A stretch of 64,000 nucleotides of DNA from Macrostomum lignano (Eukaryota). The stretch lies in NCBI GenBank assembly GCA_002269645.1, contig NIVC01000012.1, positions 1,364,001-1,428,000 on the forward strand. The letters run 5' to 3'. A program made the position numbers and the translations under genes. Below the pieces are notes generated by a model. That model saw only the letters and a list, made by a program, of their open reading frames with translations. It was not told the origin of the DNA and did no database searches. How positions within the stretch are numbered: position 1 is the first letter of the stretch; every line of letters starts with the position of its first letter. Below are positions 14,405 through 26,184 of the stretch, one piece after another.

Positions 14405-17400
14405 ATGGAGCTGAGCACCAAATCAATTAGCGAGTTCATCTCATCCACAACAGCTCATGGCTTCAGTCGACTGCATCCTTCGCAGTCATTCCCGATCAAA
14501 TGCATGTGGTTGGCCTTTCTATTGACCAGCGTTGGCGGATTCAGCTACCACATCACACTGCTGATCACTAACTACCTCAGCACGCCGGTGTCCGCCAACA
14601 TCAGCCCCGGAGCGATACCGTTCGATACCCCGGACATCACCGTCTGCAATGTTAGTCCCATATCGTCAACAAACTATTATGAAACGGTCACTAAGCACTA
14701 CGATGTGTACATGCGACTGCTATCGGAGGCCTATTCGACTCAGAGCGTAGTTGAAAGTCACGGATTTGGCTACAACACCGACATCCTCATGCAGGTGTCT
14801 CGGGACATGTTCGATTCTTCCCTGCTGCTGCGGTACCTCGGCCATCGACGCGAATACTTCATTGTCCGGTGCCGCTACAAGGGCCAAGAATGCAGCTACG
14901 CCAACTTTCAGAATTTCTGGGACAGCCAGTTTGGCAATTGTTTCCGATTTCAACCGTCTGAGGCGCTGTTGAATGCGACCAGAGATGTGGCTGAGTTTCA
15001 ACTTGAGCTGGTGAGGTTCCCGTCAAAGTCTATTCTTGGGAACAATTCTAACATTTTAATATTTTAGACACTGAAGCTCGGAGGTATTTACTTCGGGCTG
15101 CATTCTGACGTTTAAAATCATACTCCACTTCAATTTGTCGGATTTTTTCCACAAGGTTCTGTTCACGGACACCAACCCAGTCGTGACGCATCCGTACAGC
15201 ATGGAGGTCTACCGCATGCTGACTGCTGGCGTCACATTTGAAGGCGAATACGACGTGTCGAAATCTGGCGGAGCTATTCTATTCTACGGCGATAAGGACC
15301 ACTATCCCAGGGACTATATCAATCTGTCGCCCGGTGTCCATTCCTATGTGGACTTTCAAATGGTTGAGCACAGGTGAGTTATCACGTCTGTTTATTTTTC
15401 ACGTTAATTATAGCATTTTAAGACTTATAGGCTAAAGTGTCTGACTCTGGCACCACGACTCTAAGTTTGGTTATACGTATGAGCGTAGGTACACGGCTAT
15501 ATTAATTTGGGTATTGCGCTCGAGCGGTTATCGTTAGACTCACACTCATCAGGGCCAACACCCAGGTCACATAGGGGTCGTACTATAAAGCTGTCGTAGC
15601 GTAAGTTCGATCGTACGTCGGAACTATTACACTAGGGAGATGGGAGCTAAGAACGATCTTATCTTACGATGGCTTTAAACGGGTCCATAGAACGGGTCCA
15701 TAGAATTAGAACGGGTCCATAGTGTACATGCTTGATTGCGTACCTGCATACAGTTACCGCGCGCTTGCAAGTGCTCAGTAGTCAGCAGAATGGGCAGAAT
15801 TGCCTCGGCGCTGGTTCAGTTGAGCAATGTGGCCAAAGCCGTAGCGCGAGGGCTCCCGCAATATCATTTACTATAAGTCACATTTTACATGTAAAAGTCC
15901 TTTAGAAAAACGTGCCCTTCTTTCTTTAGCTCGAAGGAGATCATTTTATTGTACTTAGATAGCACAAATATCGAAGCGTGAGTTGGCCGGCTGGCTTGAG
16001 GTCATTTGCACTCGTATATTGCGCAAATCGGTAGTTATTTAAGAAGAAAATGTTCCGTCACAAATGCAGTCGTTTTCTTTTGTTTAAAATGGGTTATGAA
16101 ATAAAACTCGTCTCCAAACGCTAAAAGCAACTGTAGCAAACGAATCAAATTTCACAAAATATAGATTGACAGTTTTAATTTTATTTGCTTCACTGACGAC
16201 AATAGCCGGCTAAAGTTTCAATCCAGAGTCAGCCAGTGGGCATCTTTTATAAGCTTGCAGTCTTGCACAGGATTCAAAGTTTACCATGGAAACGGGCTAT
16301 TAGTGATTTTGTGAGTTGTTGAAAGTTGAAGGGATTCATTAATCCATGAATTTTCTTTAGAAAAATTACACTTCTATTCAGTTTCCGATAGACTCACAAA
16401 TGTATTTGAATTCAAAAGGCATCTACGATTCCAAGCATTTGTTAAACGTGAACTGTAAGATAAAACTTCTTTGAACTAAAACTTGATTGAATTTTGCGAT
16501 CGAAATCAAACGATAATCCGTTGTCATGACTCATTTTAAAGCCAAAAGCCAAAGTTGCAGAGGATCGTTTCAATAACTGAGTAATTTACAGTATTTTGCC
16601 TTTTAAGCTAGCATAGAATGAAATGGATTAGATCAACTTCATGTAAAACTTTGCGATTTATACTTTAACACTTTATTCTTTATAAAAATCTTTTATGGCA
16701 AAAAACGGTCCTTATCGTCACCACGCCAACAAATACAGGTACGTCAGTCGCAACTCAAAGGTCTGTATAGAAGACAGCGGAATCGCCTACTACGAAGACT
16801 CGGACAGGAATCGAATAAAGTTTCGAAAAAACCGGATTGACTGTCAGTACCGGACACTTTTGGAGAAAATAATGGCCGACTGCGACTGTTTCTCGACCAG
16901 AATAGCGCCGCCGTACGTCAACCTCACTGAGACGTTTACTAAAACGCGTTGTCAGTACTTTGTTGCTGAAACTAGTACGGCCGATTTCTTGAAGCGACGC
17001 AACTGCGAACGCGACGCCATCCTGAAGAAGAGCAGCTACTTTAACACCATGACAAAATGCTTACCCAACTGCGCTGAGCGAATCTACACCCCGGTCATAT
17101 CCATGACCTCCTGGCCGCTAAACAGCTTGGCCGTCAGTTGCAAGAACAGCATAATGAACCAGACTATTGGTAATCTATTGGCTCACAACGTTACTCCACC
17201 GGATACGTTTTATTACTTTTTACGCAACATAACAACGCCACCGGAGGTGCAGAGAGATTTTTCAACAAATTTCGCGCAAGTAAGCCTCGGCGAGTACACA
17301 GACTTCAGCACACTGATGGAGGAGGTGCCGTCTTACCTGATCTTTGACCTGTTCTCCAGCATTGGTGGCATCCTGGGTCTTTATCTGGGAATGTCGCTAC

Positions 17401-17780
17401 TGACTGTTTGCGAACTGTTTGAGCTGCTCTTCGTGTTGATTGGTGAGCTCCGCACAGCGGCCAGGGGCCTTCGGACTCGACGCCAGTGGCGCAGCCATCA
17501 GGCGCCCGGCAGCTTCAATAGCAGCGACGCCGGCAGCGCTGTCATGAGCGTCAGCTCGGAGCACACTGTGGTGGCAGCCGTAGCTATCAAGACGGACATC
17601 ACTGCCAGCAATGGACAAGCAAAGCAGAAGGACCCGAAGCAAACATCAAATTTCGCACCGGGTCGTCCAGCGCGAGTGGCTCCTGTCACTCCAGCCACGA
17701 CCGGACCGAAGAGAACTATAACGGTGCCTCGGCCGCCCCTGACAGTATCGTCAGCGCACCGCGGTGGCAAAGCCTGGTGA
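14405..17780 (+). CDS. DEG/ENaC (amiloride-sensitive Na+ channel family) subunit A; join(14405..15010,15156..15373,16739..17780), 621 aa
   Basis: TTAHG pre-TM1 motif, PDITVCN, FGNCFRF, Cys-rich thumb (DCDC, CLPNC), TM2 FSSIGGILGLYLGMSLLT. Splice phases 0 and 2 give a continuous ORF of 1866 nt. Confidence 0.94.
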
Positions 17781-18770
17781 CCGACCGATGGACTTTATCG
17801 AAACTTCAACTATTAATTAAAAACTCAACTCTGTATGGCCATTAACCACAGAAAGTTTTTATAGCAGAATATTGATGCCCAAACCCACCCGGTTGCTCCC
17901 TAGCTGGGGACTGTTCAATTGATTGATTGCCACCAACATACTTGAGCGTGAGCATATCAACAAGGTTCCTAATTCATTACTGTTTGGCTCCCTTGTGTAA
18001 GGAAAGTACAAGTACATGCATGTTATACTAAAAGGCACATGCTTGATGCAGTCGCATCTCTGCATTAATTTGTACACAAAACAATTATATAATCAAAAAA
18101 GTTGCAAAACGTCAAATTATGGCGAGTCCGACAGTACTTTACGACAAGGACTATCAATTCTGCAATTAAATTAAGGAACAACTAAGTCTTAAAATAAGTG
18201 ATCGCATGATAAAACGATATTGGATAGTGCTCGACGTCTCGGACTGACTGCGACTATTGCAAAAGTGCATACTCGAATTGCAAAAGTCGGAAAGCATTGC
18301 AAAAGCATACTCGAATTTTCTATCTTCGCGTATTTTTAAAAAATTGCAGTTGTAAAAATGATATGCCTAGCATATTTAACTTAACCTATCTGCTGACATT
18401 TCGCTGAACCAAACGTACTTAGAGTAAGTGAACGACAAATATGTTTTATTTATAATGAAGCCTCCAAACTAGGCTCATAAACTTGATGAAAAAAGACCAA
18501 AGGCTAAAAAGAAAACAAAACTTAGTAATTATTTGCTACTGTCAGTAGAAAGATAGCGTTTTTTTCTTATTTTCATGTATGTACAGAGAATTCATACACA
18601 GTGAGCGAAGAAGAGAGCTTGCCACCAGTTATTAGTTGGGAGAGAATATATAATCTATTTTCAACTGTTCCATATTTAAAGTACGACAGTCAAATAGTAT
18701 ATTCAAGTTTTTAGCGTATCTTAAGATACACCGCATCAAAATGTGGTCTGTATTGGCTAAGACATCTGTT

Positions 18771-20480
18771 TTACGAACCATCGGCTTGTACGGTAGCAGG
18801 CCTGCGTCCTAGGACCATATAGACGCATAGCTCAATGATTTCCAGCTGAGATAGCAGGCTGGCGCCAATAAACAAACTAATTAGGCCGCCAACTTCCACT
18901 GTCAAATCGAATAATTTATAACTAACAGACTGCTCAACCTCGGTAGAGGACAACTCTCCGGCTTGAATCTGAACTCGCAAAAAATTCTCCGATACTGCGC
19001 GAATCATTGCGTCTTCGGCCGCAGCCGAACCGGAAGCACTCTCATTGAACAGTTGAATCATCCAGTCCCGGCCGGGGGTGGACTGGTTCCCACCCGACAG
19101 CCTGACAGAGGATGCCGATAGCAGCTGGCTGAACTCGGATTGAAGTGATTTCTTCAAAGGAGACTTAATCGAAGACAATTTCGCTTTGTAGACTGCCTCT
19201 TTGCAGGAGTACTTGTTTTGGCAAATAGTCTGAACTTCCTGCATAAACTGGCTTGTTTCCTTGGTTAGCTGGCCATTGGTTATCTTTTTCATGAATACTA
19301 ATATCTTTAAAATCTCCGAGTCGCTTGCATTAGGTCCGATTTGGCTGAAGTTGTAAATATTTGGCAGATCCTTTTGCGAATATGGGATTGGCAGCATTCC
19401 TGGCAGATTAGCTTCCAGGTTGGTCGCATAGATGTTGGCTAGTTCCTTAGCGTAGCAGGCTGAAAATTAAATAGAATACTTGCGTATTTTGACTTTCAAT
19501 TTCAAATTCTACTATTGAGCATTCTTTGTCTCACCATACAGATTGTACCGATAGCTTCCTGGCTCTGCTTTCGCCAGATCAACGTATTGAACATTTGGCT
19601 GATCGCTGAGACATTGTCCCTTCTTCTCCGCCCAGTTTGTCACCTGCATGCTCAGCTTGATGTAGTGCGTGTACCCTGGAGCTATCGTCACCGAAGGCGA
19701 GAACTCATCCGGATAACCGTGCTTCGGAGTAAAGTACACCCGGAATCCAGATCCCAACAGGTTTTCGTAGCCAGTGAATGACAGTCCACGGGATTCGATG
19801 TGGCCGTCGTAAAATTTTACGGACTGGTTGTAGGTTGCGTCAGCGTACAGAAAGATATCCATATAAGCTAACACATTACCCAGCATTCTTTGTATATCAT
19901 TCTGCTTCGGTCTGACTCTAAAACAATTAAGGTATTTATAATGCCCAAAGCTCTCAATGTCTTTATCAAATTCAAGCTCAACGTTCATCGGCATGACAGT
20001 CGCCTTCACTATCGACTGCTCCTTTCGCATTCCGAAATTCTCGCTCAGAAAGCTTGTGGGAAGCGTGTTCACCAGGGCTACGGCTACGAAATATGGGTGG
20101 GACGCGTTGAATCTGTCCAACAGCTGAACAATCTTGGCCGTCTGCGCATCTGTGAAGTTTCTGGCTTCTGCTCCCATTGTTGAGGGATAGCTGGCAGAGA
20201 TCATCGGTTGCGAGCAAAAGTGAACGTCGGGGAACTCGAAGGTGGCAGAATTCGGCTCAATAGAAGTAGACACTGGTAGGCTGCGCAGTTTTATCACGGC
20301 CATGACAAACTGCCGGGTCAAGAAGCCAACAAAGGCTATGAATGCCAGGAGCCAGAGCGCCTTCACTGCCGGATGTCTGTCGCCAACTGTGCGCGGAATG
20401 CCGTGAATGGTGGTGTCGGACGCGCTCTCTTCCAAAATCTGCTTGCGCTGGCTGCGGTCTGTGTCTTTTGATGACGTCAT
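18771..20480 (-). CDS. DEG/ENaC subunit B; complement(join(18771..19459,19535..20480)), 544 aa
   Basis: TTIHG motif, FPDVHFC, YLNCFRV, TM2 VEVGGLISLFIGASLLS. A 75-nt phase-1 GT-AG intron joins the two ORFs (1635 nt). First ATG at 20480. Confidence 0.93.
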
Positions 20481-21224
20481 TCTAGTGTATTTTTTCAATG
20501 ACAAATTTTAGGTGCATATTACACTCGTAGTTTACTGAATGAAAATGGGCCTCGATTCTAAGCTGGTTCCAGCTAATTATATGGGCCGCCGTTTGCTGAG
20601 GTTATCGATGCCCAATCGGGCAGGAGAGTCGAGAGAGGGCGACGTAGGTTGGTAGAGAGTCCGGCAGGCAGTTTCCAATAATGGTTTCCAATAGTAACTG
20701 CACCTGAGCTAACTTCTCCTTTGTTGACACAAGGCTCACTAGAGGCTTAGCGGACACAGCTCTGCGAAACCTATAGGCAAACAGAGCTGATTTTTTTCTC
20801 CCAAAAATCCAAACCAACCACTTAATAGGATTATGGGAAACAGTCGCCACTCTCTGCAAAGGACTGTTGTGATAATTGGATTAACTTGCTGATTAACTGC
20901 GCTAAGGTTATGGCTTTGCCAACTCATCTGATCGCAGTTGCAGCGTTGCTACTGCATATACGTAGTTCTGATTTGGTAATAATCAATGAAAAAGACGATT
21001 GTGATTTGTGATGCCTATCAACGTAATATTTCCGACTAGCTCAACCTACCTGTACGAAGCTACATATAAGTAGTATGAATCGATTTTATTGCACTAATAA
21101 CGAGAATGATTGAAATTGAACTTAGGTAGATTTCCTTCCGAGTTTATTTTCCTAATTACATAAATAAAAAGCCAATCGATAATGGACTAAAGGAAGTATT
21201 ACAGAAATATATTAGAGGAAGGGG

Positions 21225-21600
21225 ACTGTGCGCACATTGGCGCACTTTAAGCGAAATTGTCACACAACCGGCGAAAGGCATTACTGCCCATTCCGCCAAC
21301 TCCTCTAAGCAGGTTCGCAGGTACGGATCGTATGCGGATACCTACGCAGTCATACACACAGGCTCTTGCTAATACAGGAGTGCACAGCGGCCCTAACTTT
21401 ATTTATCGTTCGTTAGGCATGTACACTTCACTGTTCCTTGGGGGTTGGTCCTTAAGCTGGGCGTTAATTGCACGAGCAGAGTCACAGCACCGAGATTGCA
21501 ATTTAGCCCCAAATTAATGTGATTGCACTTGAAATCGAGCCTGGGCCGCTGGCAAACCAGAGCGCCGCGCTTGACAGACCACTAGGCCACGCCCCCCGCC
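21225..21600 (+). mobile_element. Unclassified interspersed repeat, copy 1
   Basis: Clearly alignable to 50660-50700 plus 51035-51325 (e.g. GGCATTACTGCCCATT, CAGCGGCCCTAACTT, GCTGGGCGTTAATTGCACGAGCAGA). Confidence 0.75.
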
Positions 21601-22260
21601 GTTATATACTAATATAGCTGTTTAATGAAACATTGCAGAAGTTTTCAGGACGTTTCTATCACCACCACGGACATAAACGAACCAAAAGAGTTTTTTAAAG
21701 ATATCAGCGATTACGAAAAAGTTAGTCTACTTATTTTTGGTTTTAGCTTGAACATTTTCCATAGAAGCACAATCGCAGAGCTCTCGTGGTTTGCCTAGAC
21801 AGACCTTTCTGTAATGAGATCTACTGGGCCTCACATTTTTGTGACAACTATAAAGGAAAACAAAATTTTAATTACGTACTTACTTATAATCATGAGTCCA
21901 TCACTTTTCGACTGCCGCACCATCAAAGTAAGAATCAAAACACTCTAGGTTCACACAACATTTCCTACCAGTTCCAATGACCAATTGCATCCAATATATG
22001 TACCCGTCTGGAAACTTTACCGTGACAAGAATCGATAAATATTCATTACATTTCAGAGTCGAAAACCTATAGAGCCACTTAGACCCTTAGAGTCTCAGGC
22101 AATAAAACGCTTTAATTTGACTCTTGGGCGACTCATCTAAAGTCACTTCTTTCCTATGTTGCATGGACCGACTCCGAAACGACTCCAGGGCGACGCAAAG
22201 TGACTCTGTTACGCTTCTTGAGTTAGGAAACGCTTTCATCGGTGTAAAATTTTATAATTC

Positions 22261-23190
22261 CACTTAACAGTGCTGGCTCTGGATTGGGTTCTGAGGACCA
22301 ACCTGCCCAACACGGATGACGGCTTTCTGCTGCCAAGACGCACGATTCGGCGGCACCCGGAGAAGCGGCTCTCCGTTCTCGGCTACGCGGACGACCTTGC
22401 GCTGCTGTCATCGTCGGCTGAAGGCGCTCAGCGGCTGCTGGATGACCTGACGGCAGCAGAATTGCGAGTCGCCTCATGCTGAACGCGCGGAAGATGGTAG
22501 TCTTCACGATGCCCTCCGACCTGCTTGCCGAGATCAACTACCGAGACGCTGCCGGGAGGCAGTCATGCCTACCCGTTGCCAGCGGTTCCTGTACCTCGGC
22601 GGCCTTGTGTCGGACGTTGCCGACGACCAGGTGAGACGACGAGGACTGGCCTGGGCCGCGTTTCGTTCTGTGCGCTTCGTGCTCCATTCTGAGGCCCTGG
22701 ATGGGACGGGCTCATGGCTCGGCTGTTTCAGGCAGTCGTTCAGACTGTCTTGTTGTACAACGCCGAGACCTGGACCTTGACGGACACTTCGGAGAGGCAG
22801 CTGGACGCCGCGCATGCGGCCATGCTGCGTGTGGCGTTCGGAGTGCGCAGCGGTCCAGGCAGCGAGACCAACGCCGCGCTCTACACGAGGGTACGCCTGA
22901 TGCGGCCTTCTGACCTGCTGCGCGGGCGACGACTTCGACTGGCAGGCCACGTCATCCGGTCGGAGGCTCGCTGCCCTGAGCCGCTCACGAGGTGCTGCTG
23001 CTCAAGCTGCAGGGACCGCGCAGGCGAGGCCAAGGGCGAACGGCGAGATAACCTGACAGGCTTTTGACCGATACTGGTGCCCCGGACCAACCTAGGGGGT
23101 GTCGCTTTCTGAGGGCTATGGCCCAGAGACGTGTTCTCTGATTTCTCCCTCCCCTTTCTAGCCACTGCGTGGCTGGCGGGTTAAGTACTT
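22261..23190 (+). mobile_element. 5'-truncated, frameshifted non-LTR retrotransposon (RTE-like) RT C-terminal fragment
   Basis: LGYADDLALL RT motif, then FLYLGG, LLYNAETW and RRLRLAGHVIR spread across three frames. Confidence 0.88.
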
Positions 23191-23374
23191 TTTTGTTGTT
23201 GTATTTTAAAATAAAAATGACCCTGCGATCATTACAATGAATTATGCTTTACCAAAATAAGACCAAGATTAAAGCTTCGCAGCTTATATTTCGAGTTTTC
23301 TGGATTATCATCATTATATTTCTTTTCAAATATCATTTCAGCGATTCCAACGGCATTGTATTCCTTCGACTGCG

Positions 23375-24130
23375 CTAAAACACCACGAGACACTCGCAAA
23401 TAAACTTAGTCTGGCGGTCGAAATAGTAATCATTTATTCCAATTCGATGAGAGTGGTAAATGTTTACATAGGCCTGATTGCCATTCTGATTGTTTGGCTG
23501 TTGCGGCTCCCAAACGTCGGCTCGGATGCTCTCGTTGCATGCGTCCCAGATCCAGCCTGCTGTGCTGATTCCCGAGCCTGGGATCTGGTGGCCTCCAAGG
23601 TATAAGCCATTACCTACTTCCGACACGTTCTTGATCCACACCAGATGGCGAGACTCATCGGTGTCTAGAGCGTCCGCGAACTTCGACAGTCCAGCCTCCT
23701 GACCGCACTTCTCCTTGGCGTCCAACCAGTTAGCCGCGGCCGAGGCTGACACCTTGTAGGCGGTGCCGAACCGAGCGAACTCGTATCCGGGAGGACACAA
23801 GCGACCCGCCGCTACTCCGGTCATTGATCTCACGTACACAGTTACTAGGTGAGCACAGTTAGGCACTGACTGTACTCGGTGACTGCACTTGTCGAACAGG
23901 AACAGCTTGCAGACACAGTCGCCAGCGGGCAGCGTGAAGGCCTGGCACTTGGGAGTCTTGGCGCAGAGAAGGCTGCAGGACAGCTGTTTGCATAACCCCC
24001 GCACAATCTTAGTGAACTCAGGGCGAACGCAGTCAGCGCCAGAGACCGGTTTGAATTCAGCTCTAGGAGAATCGCAAGATACAACGTTGTCAGCGGATAG
24101 AGTTAGCAATAGAAACAGCGCTGGCAGCAT
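23375..24130 (-). CDS. Secreted PAN/Apple + C-type lectin domain protein, copy 1 (intact, single exon, 251 aa)
   Basis: Signal peptide MLPALFLLLTLS; PAN-like CSLLCAKTPKCQAFT...CKLF; CTLD CPPGY, W..AKEKC, YLGG, WIW, QPN, IND, FICE. Confidence 0.88.
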   Translation of the reverse strand: MLPALFLLLTLSADNVVSCDSPRAEFKPVSGADCVRPEFTKIVRGLCKQLSCSLLCAKTPKCQAFTLPAGDCVCKLFLFDKCSHRVQSVPNCAHLVTVYVRSMTGVAAGRLCPPGYEFARFGTAYKVSASAAANWLDAKEKCGQEAGLSKFADALDTDESRHLVWIKNVSEVGNGLYLGGHQIPGSGISTAGWIWDACNESIRADVWEPQQPNNQNGNQAYVNIYHSHRIGINDYYFDRQTKFICECLVVF

Positions 24131-24187
24131 TGGGTGGTAGAGTTATCAAACTTAGCAAAATGTTGGAAAGAGGAGACATTAGTCTCA

Positions 24188-24194
24188 ATTTATA
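24188..24194 (-). promoter_or_regulatory. Candidate TATA box (TATAAAT) for lectin copy 1
   Basis: 58 bp upstream of the ATG on the coding strand. Confidence 0.4.
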
Positions 24195-25148
24195 TCGCCT
24201 TTTATGCATGGAGGCTGTCTGAAAATCCGTATTGACATCATTATCCATCCTCATTGACAACTGTCATTTGTTGCTTCAGAGCCACGCCAAAAGCATCTGA
24301 GTTTTATCCCACTATTCTGAAAATAACCAGGTGTCGCTGTGAAATGTTGATTTTTTAGTCTCATTAAAAACTCTTTTCACTGCATATGCCTAGCTAGATC
24401 CGTGAATTTGGGTGGAAAACTTTAAAGAGTTGCGTTAAACTATATAAAAGATGTAACTATATCAGATAGCTAGTTGGAAACAGCTCGTCTTTTTTACTTC
24501 CTAGAATATTCAACCAATTCAGAAAGTTGTCTTTGAGTACATTGTGATGCTAAGCTACGAGCTATAGATAATGAGCGACAAAAATGGGACTGAAAGACAG
24601 AAAGAGGATTTGTCACGGCTGCGATATTAGAGCCGCAGTGAGTGAACGGGTGTAAAGACAAGCACCCGCACAAGCTAGTTTTATTTTAATTTTTGAGCTG
24701 CTGCGTTTCTCAATATCCCACTTCCCAATAGTCCAAAAATGCATTGAGGCCCTTAACAACGCATGTCTGTGTGAGCCGAAAAATCGTCTCATTAAAGCGC
24801 TGAGCTGCGTCACTGAGGAAAAGAATAGTCTATATTTCAAATCCGCTTCCAATTATAAAAAAATGCGTTAAAGCAAGTTTATCACGAAGCAAGTATAGAA
24901 GGCCTTCCCAAGAAAGTAGCAGGACGCCATAACTTTGTAGTTCTTATTTAAATTAACTCGCTCAAAAGTTTTGTTGATTATTAAAAAGGATTTTTATGAA
25001 AAGATTCGATTCATTGCACTCACGCATCAGACGTTTCCCAAGCGATATTTTTTCGTTAATATTGAGCTAACTATCGTGCGACTGCAACTTGCTCGATTTC
25101 GAACCTTCGACCTTCGACTCGTTAAAAGGTTGCGTTCAATACGAAATT

Positions 25149-25520
25149 ACCAAGACCATGTGTGGCGCCTGCGACCCGCTGTCCTGGAGCTTTCTCTGCG
25201 CCAAGACACCCAACTGCTAGGCCTTCACGCTGCCCGCTGGCGACTGTGTCTGCAAGCTGTTCCTGTTCGACAAGTGCAGTCACCGAGTACAGTCAGTGCC
25301 TAACTGTGCTCACCTAGTAACTGTGTACGTGAGATCAATGGCCGTAGTAGCGGCGCGTCGCTTGTGTCCTCCCGGATACGAGTTCGCTTGGTTCAGCGCC
25401 GCCTACAAGGTGTCAGCCTCGGCCGCGGCTAACTGGTTGGACGCCAAGGAGAAGTGCGGTAAGGAGGCTGGACTGTCGAAGTTCGCGGACGCTCTGGACA
25501 CCGACGAGTCTCGGTACCTC
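25149..25520 (+). pseudogene. Inverted partial lectin copy 2 (no signal peptide seen, premature TAG, 3' truncated)
   Basis: Near-identical to the PAN/CTLD junction of copy 1. CAG->TAG at 25218-25220; homology ends after DTDES. Confidence 0.88.
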
Positions 25521-26184
25521 GATTTAAATGCGAGTTTTTAAATAGAAAAAAAATTCTTTGATAATCTTAAGCTTAGGACCCACGAGATTGATACAAATAG
25601 CTCCCTGGTCCAGTCTGCGTTTGATTTACATGAAACAGTTACTAACAGCAATAAAATAATGCCCCTTAGAACTCACAGTGTTAAGGAGCTCGTTTCCTCT
25701 GCAAAGTATCTCGAGAAGAACGAGCATAGCTCAAAAGTTTTTCTGAAAAGTCCAAGTACTTTTGCAGATATTGAGAACATCTTCAACTCAACAAACTCAA
25801 ATTCAAACTCAACAACCTATGTTACTAACGTATGGACAGTAAAATATCAATAAGAAATCTTTCTGACACTTTCTTGCTTTCGCTTTTCTGCTCGTTTATT
25901 ACGCTGTCACCTATAAAGCCAATTTTAGGGTGGACACTGGGCTTCTGAAGATAATTACGCCGCTTGGTACATCTGTTTTAGCTAAAAAAACTTTTTTGAT
26001 AGCGGTTTTCACAAGGTCTTAAGTCTGTGGCTCGCGTGGTAAAAGGCGTGAATAAAATTGAAAAAACTACACATACTTAAACCAAAGGAAACTGTCTGTA
26101 AGAAAAATATCCGTTGCACAATAAACATCTTTTTATAGAGGAACTGATTGATTTACGAGAACGTATCAGAATCATGCAGCAGCA

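Noticed and set aside
3590-20480. Shaw plus two DEG/ENaCs as a functional ion-channel cluster
   Set aside because: The families are unrelated and large, and proximity alone is no evidence of co-regulation.
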